Of a stretch of 64,000 nt of DNA, positions 50,324-63,582 are shown one piece after another. The position numbers were made by a program, and so were the translations under genes. Under the pieces are notes generated by a model. It worked only from the letters and a program-made list of their open reading frames with translations, searched no databases and had not been told where the DNA came from. How positions within the stretch are numbered: the first letter of the stretch is position 1; each line of letters begins with the position of its first letter. Source of the DNA: an uncultured delta proteobacterium (lineage in GTDB: Bacteria; Myxococcota_A; UBA9160; SZUA-336); assembly GCA_963704165.1 (NCBI GenBank), contig CAVPHD010000001.1, forward strand, positions 544,001-608,000, in the 5' to 3' direction.

Positions 50324-51247
50324 ATGAAGCGAGAAGCGACACTTCGCGAGAACGTCGAGTTTCCGAGCCGAGGCGCGCGCTGCCGCGGATGGCTCTACCG
50401 ACCGGAAGGCCAGACCGGACGACCCGTGCCCGCGATCGTGATGGCGCACGGATTCTCGGCGGTGAAAGAGATGTACCTGCCGTCGTTCGCGGAGTCCTTT
50501 CGTGCGGCTGGATTCGCGGTGCTGGTCTTCGACTTCCGATTCCTCGGCGAAAGCGATGGCGAGCCGCGTGGCCAGGTGTTTCCCTTCGAGCAACACGAGG
50601 ACTACCGAAACGCGATCTCGTGGATCTCGCTCCAGCCCGGGATCGACGCGTCGCGCGTCGGGATCTGGGGCTCCTCGTACAGCGGAGGGCACGCGATGCA
50701 CCTCGCCGCCTTCGACCGCCGCATCAAGGCGGCCGTCGCGCAGGTACCCGCGATTCGCGTCTGGCCGCTCTTGCACGCGCTGATGGGACGCGCGGGCCTC
50801 GACGCGTTTCTCGGCATGATCTCGGCCGATCGCGCCGAGCGCTTCGTCAGCGGAAAGGTGACCGAGATCCCCGTCGTCGCTCCGACCGGGCAACCCTGTG
50901 TGCTGGCGGCCCCCGACGCGTGGGAGTGGTTCCAGAAGACCGGCTCGTCGATCGCTCCGAGCTGGCGCAATGCCGTGACGCTCGAGTCGCTGGAGAAGAT
51001 GCTCGAGTACGATCCACCCGGTGCGATCGAGCTGATCTCCCCGACGCCGTTGCTCGTCATCGCGGCGCGGAACGATTCGCTGGTCCCGATCGAGCAGCTT
51101 CGCGCGACGGTCGCGCGTGCGGGCGAACCCAAGCGTTATCTCGAGCTCGATTGCGGACACTTCGATGTGTACGACACCGCGCCGTGGTTCGAGCGCGCAT
51201 CCGGGGCCGCGACCGAGTGGTTCCGGACGCACCTGAAGCCGGAGTGA
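50324..51247 (+). CDS. Alpha/beta-fold hydrolase
   Basis: MAHGF, FDFR..GESDGEPR, nucleophile GSSYSG, Asp (NDSLVP) and His (CGHFD). Confidence 0.88.
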   Translation: MKREATLRENVEFPSRGARCRGWLYRPEGQTGRPVPAIVMAHGFSAVKEMYLPSFAESFRAAGFAVLVFDFRFLGESDGEPRGQVFPFEQHEDYRNAISWISLQPGIDASRVGIWGSSYSGGHAMHLAAFDRRIKAAVAQVPAIRVWPLLHALMGRAGLDAFLGMISADRAERFVSGKVTEIPVVAPTGQPCVLAAPDAWEWFQKTGSSIAPSWRNAVTLESLEKMLEYDPPGAIELISPTPLLVIAARNDSLVPIEQLRATVARAGEPKRYLELDCGHFDVYDTAPWFERASGAATEWFRTHLKPE

Positions 51248-51270
51248 AGCCCGACTCGTGGTGACGAGCG

Positions 51271-52100
51271 TCAGATCCGCGGCGGCCCGGCAGGATCCTC
51301 GGCGTCGCGTGCCGCCGCGCGCAGCAGTCCGAAACCGACGCCACTGAGCAGGGCCGCGCCCGCGAGCCAGGCCGGCGGGGTGTGCGCCGCCGTGACGTCG
51401 TCGAAGCCGGCCAGACCGAAGGCCTGATACATCGCGGCGACGGTGACCAGACCCGTGAGCGCGTGAAGCGCGATCGGTGGCCAGAGCGACCCGGACGCCT
51501 GTCGCAGCACACCGAGCACGAGTGAGTTCGCGAACGCGGGCGCGATCCCCCAGAGACCGCCGAAGACGAGGCCGCTCGCGAAGCCCGAGAGCATCGCGGT
51601 CAGTGCGATCCCGCCGACGATGCCGAATCGCAGCACCGCGAGCGGCTGAAGGATCCCCCGGAAGAAGAGCTCGTAGGCGAGCGGGAACACCGCGATCTGG
51701 ACGACCGCGAGCGTCGATCCCCAGAATGGCGGGAGCTCGACGGGCTCCGTCGCGGGGGTGAATTCGCTCGGCACCGGGAACATCGCCTTCACCAGGTTGT
51801 CGATCTCGCTCGTGAGCACGACGGACGAGACCAGGAACGCGACCGCCAACCACGCCGTCGTCGGCGCGCGCACGAGCGAGAGCTGTTTCAGTGGCGGCTC
51901 GCGAAAGCGAACCGCACAGACCGTGAAGACGCCCCCGTAGGCGAGCACCGCGCCCATGCCGGCGACCGGCAACGTCCCGCGAAAGCCGATCAGCGACAGG
52001 ACCGTGACGCTTAGCAAGTGAAGGATCGGCGCGAACGCAGCGAGCATGAAGACGAACGCGAACGAGAGAGGGGGCCGGGATTCGCCTTCTCGCTCGGGGA

Positions 52101-52104
<4 letters not shown>
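51271..52104 (-). CDS. CPBP (CAAX protease/Abi)-like membrane protein with degenerate motifs
   Basis: YELFFRG and SGSLW..I.LH; about 8 TM segments; ATG overlaps the uvrA stop. Confidence 0.65.
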
Positions 52105-54928
<2,824 letters not shown>

Positions 54929-54932
<4 letters not shown>

Positions 54933-55882
54933 GTCTTCACCGTGTCCGTCTCGTTCTGGTTGCGCGACAACTCGAGCGCCAATCTTACCGCCTCGATCAT
55001 CGAGCGTGAGTCCGCGCGACCCTGCCCGGCGATGTCGAAGGCCGTCCCGTGATCGACGCTCGTGCGCACGATCGGCAGTCCGAGCGTCACGTTCACGGCC
55101 TCGCCGAAGGCGTGGGTCTTGAGTGGCCCGAGGCCCTGATCGTGGTACATCGCGAGCACGGCGTCGAATTCACCGGCGACCGCGCGATGGAAGAGGCTGT
55201 CGGCCGAGTAGGGACCCGAGGCCGCGATGCCGCGGGCACGCGCCGACGCGATCGCGGGGGCGATCACGCGCGCCTCGTCGTCACCGAATCGTCCGGCCTC
55301 GCCCGCGTGTGGGTTCAGGCCGCATACCGCGATTCGCGGCGCGTGTATGCCGAAGCGGCGTTCGAGATCCGCGTGCATGATCGCGAGCACCTCGAGAATC
55401 CCCGCGGTCGAGAGCCGATCCGGTACCTCGCGAAGCGCGCAGTGGATCGTCGCGAGACCGACGCGAAGTCCACGTCCTACGAGCAGCATCACCGCGCGCC
55501 CTGCGCCGCAGGTCTCCTCGAGCAACTCCGTATGACCCGGGTACGAGAACCCACCCGCCGCGATCACCTCTTTCGAGATCGGTGCGGTCGCGATCGCGTC
55601 GAGGGATCCCGACAGGCAGTCCCGCGCGGCGGCTTGGATCGCCGATACGATGCCGCGCGCGCTCGACGGATCGGGACGCCCGGGAGAGACCCGCGCGCTC
55701 GAATGCGCGTGGGTTTCGATGCCTTCGAGAACGCCACCTCGGCTTCGCAACGCGTCGATGTCGCCGTAGACGACGAGCTCCGCGTCCGCGCTCGGGATCG
55801 CGCGAAGTGCTGCCGCGACCACCTCCGGGCCGATGCCCGCTGGATCGCCGATGCTGATTCCGATCCGACGACGCGAGCTCAC
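54929..55882 (-). CDS. pdxA: 4-hydroxythreonine-4-phosphate dehydrogenase
   Basis: [27 protein letters not shown] and [14 protein letters not shown]. Confidence 0.96.
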
Positions 55883-56841
55883 TTCAGCTCCGGAGCGACC
55901 ACCTCGACGTAGCGGTTCTTCCGCACCTCGGTCATCCACTTCTCGAGCTCGGGCATGGTGCGACGCTCGATGATCTCTCCGCGGAGCTTGTCGGCGACCT
56001 GCTCGTACTTCACCGTGCTCGGGTCGAAGCGATCGAGAAACTGGAACAGATTCTGACCGTGCGCGTTCTCGATCACGTCGGTGATCTCGCCCGGCTTCAG
56101 GCCGTCGATCGCGCCCTTGATCAGCGCGGGAGCATCGGCCTCGCGGAAGACGGTCAGCCCACCCTGCTGTGCCGTCGGCGCCGACGAGTATTTCCGCGCG
56201 AGCCCTCCGAAGTCGCCCTCCTGGCGCGCCTGGTCGCGAAGCTTCAGCGCGAACTCGCGTGCCTTTTCCTGAGAGCCCGGAGGCGCATCCGGGGGAACGG
56301 CGAGCAGGATGTGCAGAACGCGAATCCGCTCGCCCGGCTTGGCCTGTCCGTAGCGTTCGTCGTAGAGCTTGCGGACCTCCTCGTCGCTCACGCGGACCCG
56401 CCCTTGCACCGAGCCGGAGATCATCTTCATTCGGGTGATCTGCGCGCCGAGCTGTTCGCGATAGGCCACCCGGGGCAGGCCCTGATCGGCCGCGGCGGCG
56501 TAGATCGCATCGACACTGACGCCCTCCTCTTCCGCGATTCCCTTCACGGCCGTATCGATCTCGTCCTCGCTGGCGGACACGCCCTGGAATCTGGCGACCT
56601 GCAGAATCAGCTTCTCGTCGATCAGGTTCTTGAGCGCGTTGTCGCGCAGCTGCTTCATCTCTTCCGGTGTCAGCGTCTGACCCTTTGGCACACGTGAAGC
56701 GATGGCCTGCATCGCGACGCGCACCTCGGAGAGCAGCACCACCTCGTCTCCGACGATCGCAGCGACGCCGTCCGCGACCTCGGCGCGAGCGGCGTCGCCG
56801 AACGCCAGCAGCAGTACGAGGAGGCAAAGTCTCCGTCTCAT
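55879..56841 (-). CDS. surA: SurA-like chaperone/parvulin PPIase
   Basis: D.VAAIV..EV.LLSEV N-domain, HIL and F..LA.KYS; upstream of pdxA. Confidence 0.8.
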   Translation of the reverse strand: MRRRLCLLVLLLAFGDAARAEVADGVAAIVGDEVVLLSEVRVAMQAIASRVPKGQTLTPEEMKQLRDNALKNLIDEKLILQVARFQGVSASEDEIDTAVKGIAEEEGVSVDAIYAAAADQGLPRVAYREQLGAQITRMKMISGSVQGRVRVSDEEVRKLYDERYGQAKPGERIRVLHILLAVPPDAPPGSQEKAREFALKLRDQARQEGDFGGLARKYSSAPTAQQGGLTVFREADAPALIKGAIDGLKPGEITDVIENAHGQNLFQFLDRFDPSTVKYEQVADKLRGEIIERRTMPELEKWMTEVRKNRYVEVVAPELK

Positions 56842-57710
56842 CGCAGGGTCTCCAGATAGTCGTCGTTCGATTGGATCGCGGCGTTCTTGCGCAGGCCGCG
56901 CACCCACTCGAGTCGCAGCTCTTCGAGACTCCGTTGGCCGAGCTCCGCTTCCAACTGCCCGCGCAGCTCCTCGAAACTCGGCTCCCGCGTGGGGATCTTG
57001 CGCTCCAATAGAAAGATGTGAAAGCCGTATGGAGATTCGATCACTGCGGAGATCTGGCCTTCCTCGAGCTCGAAGGCGCGATCGAAGGCCTCGGGAAGCT
57101 CGCCGCGTGCGAAGACCGGCAGCTCGCCGCCCGATGGCGCTTCGGGCGCGAGGCTGTTCGCGCGGGCTTCCGCGGCGAAGTCACCCCCCTGTTCGAGCCT
57201 CGCCCTCAACTCGTCGGCCTTCGAGCGGTCCTCGATCACGATCTGGCGGACCTGCACGCGCTCGGGATGTGCGTACTCGCTGCGATGCTCTTCGAAATAG
57301 GCGCGCAGAGCGCTCTCGGGTACGCGCGTACGCGGCGCGAGCTCCACGAGTGCGATGCGATCGATGATCATCTCGCGGCGAACCGCCTCGCGATACCGCG
57401 GGTCCTCGTCCTTCCATTCCTCGCCGTGCAGAGCGCGGAGGCGCGCGGTCACTTCGGCGTCGGTGACGGTGACCCCGGCCTCGGCGGCGCGATTCAGCAC
57501 GACCTGCGCGGACACCAGGCGGTTCAGCTCCTCGGTCACGATGTCGTCACGATCGGCGTCGGGCGAGTCCGCGAGCCGCTGCTCGACGAGATGGCGCAGC
57601 TCGGTGGCGGGAATCCGCACGCCATCGACGTCGGCGACCCAGGTGTCGTCGGTCCCGCGCCCACCGCAGGCGAGCGCGAGACTCGCGAGCACGACGACAA
57701 TTCGCTTCAT
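56838..57710 (-). CDS. Parvulin-type peptidyl-prolyl isomerase lipoprotein
   Basis: Lipobox LALAC, GG.L..F..GE and S.VIESPYGFHIF. Confidence 0.85.
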   Translation of the reverse strand: MKRIVVVLASLALACGGRGTDDTWVADVDGVRIPATELRHLVEQRLADSPDADRDDIVTEELNRLVSAQVVLNRAAEAGVTVTDAEVTARLRALHGEEWKDEDPRYREAVRREMIIDRIALVELAPRTRVPESALRAYFEEHRSEYAHPERVQVRQIVIEDRSKADELRARLEQGGDFAAEARANSLAPEAPSGGELPVFARGELPEAFDRAFELEEGQISAVIESPYGFHIFLLERKIPTREPSFEELRGQLEAELGQRSLEELRLEWVRGLRKNAAIQSNDDYLETLR

Positions 57711-60700
57711 CGGTGTACGCTCCCCGCGACCGGCACGTCCGTGCCGGGCTGGAGAAGATCGAGGAGGCCGAAGCTCTCGGCCAGGGCGTCGCCCGCCTGG
57801 CGCAAACGCAAACCGAGCCGTCGGTCGGGATACGCGCGGATCGGCGCGCCCGGCCGGCCGATCACGCGCACGAGCCGCGTCGGATCGACGGCGGTGCGCT
57901 CGGCGATCCGCATCTGCAGCTCCCCGTTCTTGACCTCGACGGAGAGCACGCCGAGCGTGCGGCAACGGATCTTCAGACGGATCACCTCGAGCAGGTTCTG
58001 CGCCGATTCGGGCAGCGCACCGTAGCGGTCGAGCAGCTCGCCACGCAGCACGGCGAGCTCGTCGTCGTCTCGCGCCGACGAGAGCTGCTTGTAGAGCGCG
58101 AGGCGCTGCGAGACCTCGGGCACGTACGTCTCGGGTAGCAGCGCGGGAAGCGGCAGGCGGATCTCGGGATCGATCGCATCGGTCGTCTTCTCGCCTCGCA
58201 GTCGCGCCATCGCCTCGTCCATCATTTCCATGTAGAGGTCATAGCCGACCGAGGCGATGTGCCCGGATTGCTCGCCGCCGAGCAGGTTGCCGGCGCCGCG
58301 GATCTCGAGGTCCTCGGTCGCGAGCCGGAATCCCGCGCCGAGTTCGGACAGATCCTGGATCGCTTCGATCCGCCGCTGCGCGTCCTCGCTGACCTGCCCC
58401 GTCGCGGGCATCAGCAGATAGGCGTAGGCACGCCGGTTGCCGCGACCGACGCGCCCGCGCAGCTGGTACAGCTGTGCGAGCCCGAACATGTCGGCGCGGT
58501 GGATCAGGATCGTGTTGGCGTTGGGAATGTCGAGTCCGGATTCGATGATCGCCGTACACAGGAGAACGTCATATTCTCGGTGCATGAAGGCGAGCATCGC
58601 TCGCTCGAGCCGCTGCGCCGCCATCTGACCGTGCGCGATTCCGATCCGGACGCTCGGCAAGATGCGCTGTAGGTAGCCGGCGATCTCTCCGATCGTCTCG
58701 ACCCGGTTGTGCACGAAGAAGACCTGGCCGCCGCGCCGGAGCTCGCGCTCGACGGCCTCGCGTATCAGCTCGTCCGACCCTCGCGCGATCTGCGTGCGCA
58801 CGGCCGTGCGGTCCGGCGGGGGTGTCGCGATCACCGACAGATCGCGCATGCCCGAGAACGCCATCTGCAAGGTCCGGGGAATCGGCGTGGCCGAGAGCGT
58901 CAGCACGTCGACGAGCTTGCGCAGCTGCTTGAGCCGCTCCTTGTGCGCGACACCGAAGCGGTGCTCCTCGTCGACGATCACCAGGCCGAGGTTTCGGAAC
59001 GTGACGTCCTTCGAGAGCAGACGGTGCGTGCCGATCACGATGTCGAGCTTTCCGCTCGCCAGCCCGTCCCGCACCTCGCGCAGCTGTTTGGGGGAGCTCA
59101 GACGTGAGAGGCCGGCGATCTCGACCGGGGTGCCGGCGAAGCGCTCCCGGACCGTCTCGAGATGCTGCTGACACAGTACGGTGGTGGGCACCAGGAACAC
59201 GACCTGGCGTCCGGACATCGCGCACAGATACGCCGCGCGGCAAGCGACCTCGGTCTTTCCGAAGCCCACGTCGCCGCAGATCAAGCGATCCATCGGCCGG
59301 CGCTTCTGCATGTCGGCCAACACGTCGTCGGTGGCCTTGCGCTGATCGGGCGTGTCGTCCCAGCGGAAGCGCGCCTCGAATTCCTCGTAGACCGCGTCCG
59401 GCGCCGGAAACGGCGTACCCTCGAGCGTCTCGCGAGCTGCGACGACGGCGAGCAGCTGCTCGGCCATGTCCTGTACGGCACGGCGCACGCGCGACTTGGT
59501 GCGTGTCCACCCCTGTCCGCCCAGGCGGTCGAGCGTCGGACTCGCGTCCTCGGCCGAGGCGTAGCGCTGAACCTGGCCGAGCCGGGACACGGGCACGTAG
59601 AGCTTGTCGGACTTGTCGTAGAAAAGGAGCAGGAACTCCTGTTCACCACCCAACACGGAAATGCGTACGAGCCCGCCGAAGCGCCCGATCCCGTGCTCGG
59701 CGTGCACCAGGAAGTCGCCCTCCTGGATCTGCGCCAGCCGTTCGATCGCATTCGTCCGGCGGGTGATGCGCACCGCGCGGCGCTGCTGGCGCTGTCCGAA
59801 GACGTTCTGCTCCGTCAGCACCACCAGTCCGTCGTCGGGAAGCTCGAAGCCGTCGGCGAGGGGCGCCACCGCCACGTCGACCTCGCCCGGCTCTGGCCAA
59901 CTCCCGAACGCGTGGCCGCGCACGACGCGGAGCGCGAGGCCGTAGTCGGACAGGATGTCGACGAGCCGCTCTGCCGCCGATGGCGTCGGACAGGTGATCC
60001 GGACTCGCCGCCGCTGCGCTCGCCAGGTCTCGAGCCTGCGCAAGAGCGGCTCGAGCGCGTGGCCGCTGCCGCGCTGCTCCTCGATCTCGCGGCGCAGATC
60101 GCGGTGGTCGTCACCGCGCACGTCGATCACGTCCTCGTGCACGAGCGGGTCGGGCATGCCGAGCGGATCGAGCAGCACCGGATTGCGCGCGAGCAGTTCC
60201 TTCCACGCGGACTCGTCGGTCGTGTAGAGCGAGAGCGGGTCGCAGACGAGGCGGTCCTGCTCGGAGGCGCGCTCGTGTCCGGAGAAGATCTCACCCACGT
60301 AGGCGAGCGCGCGGGTGCGACCGGCGTCGGGATCGTCGATCAGAATCCGCGTCGAGGGCGGAAGATAGTGGAAGATCGTCTCGAGATCGTCGTGCAGGAG
60401 CGCCTCGAGGTTCTCGATCCCGGGCGGAAGCGACCGGCGCACGAACGCCTCGGTGACCGAGTAGATCTGCGACTCGGGCAGATTCCGCTCGCGGCCGCGT
60501 CGCCGGACCTCGTCGATCAGCGCATCGACGTCGTTCGGGATGCGGTAGGCGCGTGGTGGGATCGCGACCACCGAGTCGATCTCGCCCTCGGAGCGCTGGG
60601 TCGTCGGGTCGAATCGGCGCAGCGAAGCGATCGAGTCGAAATCGAACTCGATCCGAACGGGCCGATCGAGCTGAGGTGGGAACAGATCGACGATCCCCCC

Positions 60701-61189
60701 GCGCGCGCCGACCTCGCCGCGTTCCTCCACGAGGCTCGTGCGGTGATAGCCCGCCTGGACCAGCACATCGACGAGGGCGTCGCGGTCTACCGACAGGCCG
60801 CGCTCGAGGTGCGTCACGCGGCTGCGCAGCTCCCTGCGCGAGGGCACGCGCCGGAGCAGCGCGGACCACGGGGCGACGACCGTGAGGGGTGTCTCCGGAC
60901 CGGCCGAGAGCCACGCGTAGAGCAGGCTCATGCGCCGGGCCTCGATCTCCGGGTGGGCGGAGAAGCGATCGTACGGGGGTACGTCGTAACGCGGCAGGAT
61001 CCGGACGTCCGTGTCCGGTGAGAACGCCCGCAGCGCAGCCGCGAACACCTCGGCCCGGTTCGAACCCGGAGTGATCACGAGGAGTGGGCCGGGGTACGAC
61101 GCGCGCAGCTCCGCCGCGAGCCATGCGCCGGCGGAGCCCCGAATGCGTCCGAGACGCAGCGGGAGCCTCGGACTCTGCGCCAACTGCAC
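57707..61189 (-). CDS. mfd: Transcription-repair coupling factor
   Basis: RGGIVD.F, H..HGIG, GDVGFGKTEVA, DEEHRFG, LSATPIPRT and QLRGRVGR. Confidence 0.98.
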   Translation of the reverse strand: MQLAQSPRLPLRLGRIRGSAGAWLAAELRASYPGPLLVITPGSNRAEVFAAALRAFSPDTDVRILPRYDVPPYDRFSAHPEIEARRMSLLYAWLSAGPETPLTVVAPWSALLRRVPSRRELRSRVTHLERGLSVDRDALVDVLVQAGYHRTSLVEERGEVGARGGIVDLFPPQLDRPVRIEFDFDSIASLRRFDPTTQRSEGEIDSVVAIPPRAYRIPNDVDALIDEVRRRGRERNLPESQIYSVTEAFVRRSLPPGIENLEALLHDDLETIFHYLPPSTRILIDDPDAGRTRALAYVGEIFSGHERASEQDRLVCDPLSLYTTDESAWKELLARNPVLLDPLGMPDPLVHEDVIDVRGDDHRDLRREIEEQRGSGHALEPLLRRLETWRAQRRRVRITCPTPSAAERLVDILSDYGLALRVVRGHAFGSWPEPGEVDVAVAPLADGFELPDDGLVVLTEQNVFGQRQQRRAVRITRRTNAIERLAQIQEGDFLVHAEHGIGRFGGLVRISVLGGEQEFLLLFYDKSDKLYVPVSRLGQVQRYASAEDASPTLDRLGGQGWTRTKSRVRRAVQDMAEQLLAVVAARETLEGTPFPAPDAVYEEFEARFRWDDTPDQRKATDDVLADMQKRRPMDRLICGDVGFGKTEVACRAAYLCAMSGRQVVFLVPTTVLCQQHLETVRERFAGTPVEIAGLSRLSSPKQLREVRDGLASGKLDIVIGTHRLLSKDVTFRNLGLVIVDEEHRFGVAHKERLKQLRKLVDVLTLSATPIPRTLQMAFSGMRDLSVIATPPPDRTAVRTQIARGSDELIREAVERELRRGGQVFFVHNRVETIGEIAGYLQRILPSVRIGIAHGQMAAQRLERAMLAFMHREYDVLLCTAIIESGLDIPNANTILIHRADMFGLAQLYQLRGRVGRGNRRAYAYLLMPATGQVSEDAQRRIEAIQDLSELGAGFRLATEDLEIRGAGNLLGGEQSGHIASVGYDLYMEMMDEAMARLRGEKTTDAIDPEIRLPLPALLPETYVPEVSQRLALYKQLSSARDDDELAVLRGELLDRYGALPESAQNLLEVIRLKIRCRTLGVLSVEVKNGELQMRIAERTAVDPTRLVRVIGRPGAPIRAYPDRRLGLRLRQAGDALAESFGLLDLLQPGTDVPVAGSVHR

Positions 61190-61361
61190 CAGTTCCGGGA
61201 TCTTCAGTGGACTCGTCCAAACACGACAGGGCCCCCCTCCCGGGAATCTCCCGGGGGGTGGGTGGCCCCGTGCTCACTTTGCGAGCCCGAGTATAGGAAA
61301 GGGTTGGGCCGTGGAGAGGGCCCTGCTACTATGCGCGGCCCTCGTCTTTGGAGCCCCCGCG

Positions 61362-62000
61362 ATGAGTCTCGAACTGATTGGCCGCAAGCTCGGCATGACC
61401 CAGATCTTCACCGAGAGCGGTGATCGCATTCCCGTGACCGTGATCGAGGCCGGACCGTGCACGATCGTGCAGAAGAAGACCGGCGACCGTGACGGCTATG
61501 CCGCCCTTCAGATCGGCTATGGCACCAAGCGCGCGAAGCTCGTGCCGAAGGCCATGAAGGGTCACTTCGCCAAGGCAAACTCGGAGCCGAAGCGCGTGCT
61601 CGTCGAGGTTCGGGTCGGAGCGAGCGAGCTCGACGGCTACCAGCTCGGCCAGGAGCTCACCTGCGAGGGCTACAAAGTCGGACAGCGCGTGGACGTCATC
61701 GGCACGACGATCGGCCGGGGATTCAGCGGCGTCGTCCGGCGCCACGGCTTTCCCACCCGCAGCGTCTCGCACGGAAATCACGAATCCTTCCGCCACGGCG
61801 GCTCGATGTCGGCCGGTACCTTCCCGGGCCGCATTCGTCCCGGGCTGCGCATGGCCGGCCAGATGGGCAACGCGCGCCGCACGCAGCTCAACCTGAAGGT
61901 CGAGCGCATCGAGCCGGAGAAGAACCTGATCTACGTGCGCGGCGCGGTGCCCGGCCACCCGAACGCGATCGTGCGCATCCGGCCGACCGTCAAGGGCTAG
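61362..62000 (+). CDS. rplC: 50S ribosomal protein L3 (stand-alone copy)
   Basis: GRKLGMTQIF, PVTVI, DGY.ALQ, GRGF.GV..RHGF, MAG.MG and VRGAVPG. Confidence 0.95.
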   Translation: MSLELIGRKLGMTQIFTESGDRIPVTVIEAGPCTIVQKKTGDRDGYAALQIGYGTKRAKLVPKAMKGHFAKANSEPKRVLVEVRVGASELDGYQLGQELTCEGYKVGQRVDVIGTTIGRGFSGVVRRHGFPTRSVSHGNHESFRHGGSMSAGTFPGRIRPGLRMAGQMGNARRTQLNLKVERIEPEKNLIYVRGAVPGHPNAIVRIRPTVKG

Positions 62001-62003
62001 CGC

Positions 62004-62651
62004 ACGGCCCGCTACGAGCGGAAGGACGGGTTCTACCGCAGAGCGAAGGAAGAAGGCCTGCGCTCGCGGGCCGCGTTCAAGCTCGAAGACCTGCTGCGAC
62101 GTGCTCCGCCGCTTCGACGCGGCTCGCGTGTCCTCGATCTCGGCTGCTGGCCCGGTAGCTGGCTGCAGATCCTGTCCGCGCGCGTCGGACCCGACGGATG
62201 CGTGGTCGGTGTCGATCTCGAGCCGACCGACACGGTCGCGGCAAACGTCACGGTGCTCGCGCTCGACATGACCGAGCCCGAATCGGCATCGCGGATCGCG
62301 AACGCGCTCGGCGGGCCGGCCGACGCGGTTCTCTGTGACGCCGCGCCCAAGCTCACCGGCATTCGCGACGTCGACCTCGCCGCGATCGAAGAGATCTACA
62401 CGGCCGCGCTCGCGCTCGCTCGGCGGGTCCTGTCTCCGGCCGGATTCCTGATCGTGAAGGGCTTCCCCGGCCAGGAAAGCGATCTCTTCCGCAAGGAACT
62501 TCGCCGTGTCTTCGCGAAGGTCGACGAGATCCGGCCCGAGGGGAAACGCTCGACGTCGAAGGAGTTCTACTGGGTCGCGAGCTCGCTCCGCGATGCCGCA
62601 CGCGGATCCGGTAGTCCTTCGCGGATGAGCTCCGAGAACTCCGGGCTCTGA
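62004..62651 (+). CDS. rlmE: 23S rRNA Um2552 methyltransferase (RlmE/FtsJ); apparent start codon is ACG
   Basis: Frame upstream of the tracked ORF reads (T)ARYERKD.FYRRAK.EG.RSRAAFKL..VLDLGCWPGSW.Q; then D.AP, K.F.G and S.E.Y. Confidence 0.88.
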   Translation, partial: TARYERKDGFYRRAKEEGLRSRAAFKLEDLLRRAPPLRRGSRVLDLGCWPGSWLQILSARVGPDGCVVGVDLEPTDTVAANVTVLALDMTEPESASRIANALGGPADAVLCDAAPKLTGIRDVDLAAIEEIYTAALALARRVLSPAGFLIVKGFPGQESDLFRKELRRVFAKVDEIRPEGKRSTSKEFYWVASSLRDAARGSGSPSRMSSENSGL

Positions 62652-63565
62652 CCGGCGGCCTTCGCGCGCGCGTCGATGTTGCTCACCTTGCGAAGCTCCG
62701 CAAACGGCAGGGACGTGTCGAGCGTCCCGCGCTCGTAGAGGAGCTGATCCAGATAGCCGTTCACGAGCAACCGCCAATCGACGGGCGGCCCGTCGGGATG
62801 GATGTGTCGCACGTGCCGCTGGATGCTGGTCGTACAGTTGTCCGAGAACGCGTTGTACCATTCGGGCCGCTCGACGAGATCGTTCATGCTTCGTAGGTAG
62901 TCGAGCAGCAAGAGCCGCGCGTTCTCCGGCGGTGCGCTCAGGCGGTACAGCCAGACATTCTCGTTCCGGAAGTTCGTGCGCAGTCCGATCACGTCGCGTT
63001 CATCCGCGGCGACGTAGTAGATCGGAAACTGGCGGAAGAACCCCGCGACCGCGGAGTACTCCTGCCCGGTCACCTTGCGCGTCTCGATCGAGATGGCGAG
63101 GTGCTGACCGTCCGAGAAGTCCCACGACATGATCGTGTGGGCGATCAGCGGTGAGCCCCAGTGGGAGAAGTACATGTCGAGCCCATCGAGCTTGGCGAGG
63201 TCGTAGCTGCGGGTCTCCCAGTGCTCGGTGTAGTCCGTCTCGTTGCGATAGACGAAATCGCGCACGTTGTGCAGCGTCAGGATGTCCCCGTTCACTTCAC
63301 CGTACGCGAGCTGGCTGACGTCGGGCTGCCAGTCGCCCGTGTTCGACGGCGCGAGCGACAGGAACCAGACGAGCGCGAGCGCGAACGCCCCGAGCGCGGC
63401 GACGACCCCGCGCGCGAGCGGCCGGAGCGCGGCAAGCGCGCCAAGCGCCGCGAGCACGCAGACCAACGCCACGGCTCGTGCGATCCACCACGGTCCCGGC
63501 ACGGTGTAGTCGAGCGCGAGGCCGCTCCACCCGAGCGCGACCAGCACCGGCACGAGAATCAGCAC
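62567..63565 (-). CDS. DUF4105-domain membrane protein
   Basis: N-terminal TM segments; HNVRDF.YR, AHT..S..F, SIE.R and YN....NCT. Confidence 0.75.
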   Translation of the reverse strand: MLILVPVLVALGWSGLALDYTVPGPWWIARAVALVCVLAALGALAALRPLARGVVAALGAFALALVWFLSLAPSNTGDWQPDVSQLAYGEVNGDILTLHNVRDFVYRNETDYTEHWETRSYDLAKLDGLDMYFSHWGSPLIAHTIMSWDFSDGQHLAISIETRKVTGQEYSAVAGFFRQFPIYYVAADERDVIGLRTNFRNENVWLYRLSAPPENARLLLLDYLRSMNDLVERPEWYNAFSDNCTTSIQRHVRHIHPDGPPVDWRLLVNGYLDQLLYERGTLDTSLPFAELRKVSNIDARAKAAGQSPEFSELIREGLPDPRAASRSELATQ

Positions 63566-63582
63566 ACGTGAGGCGTTCTTGA

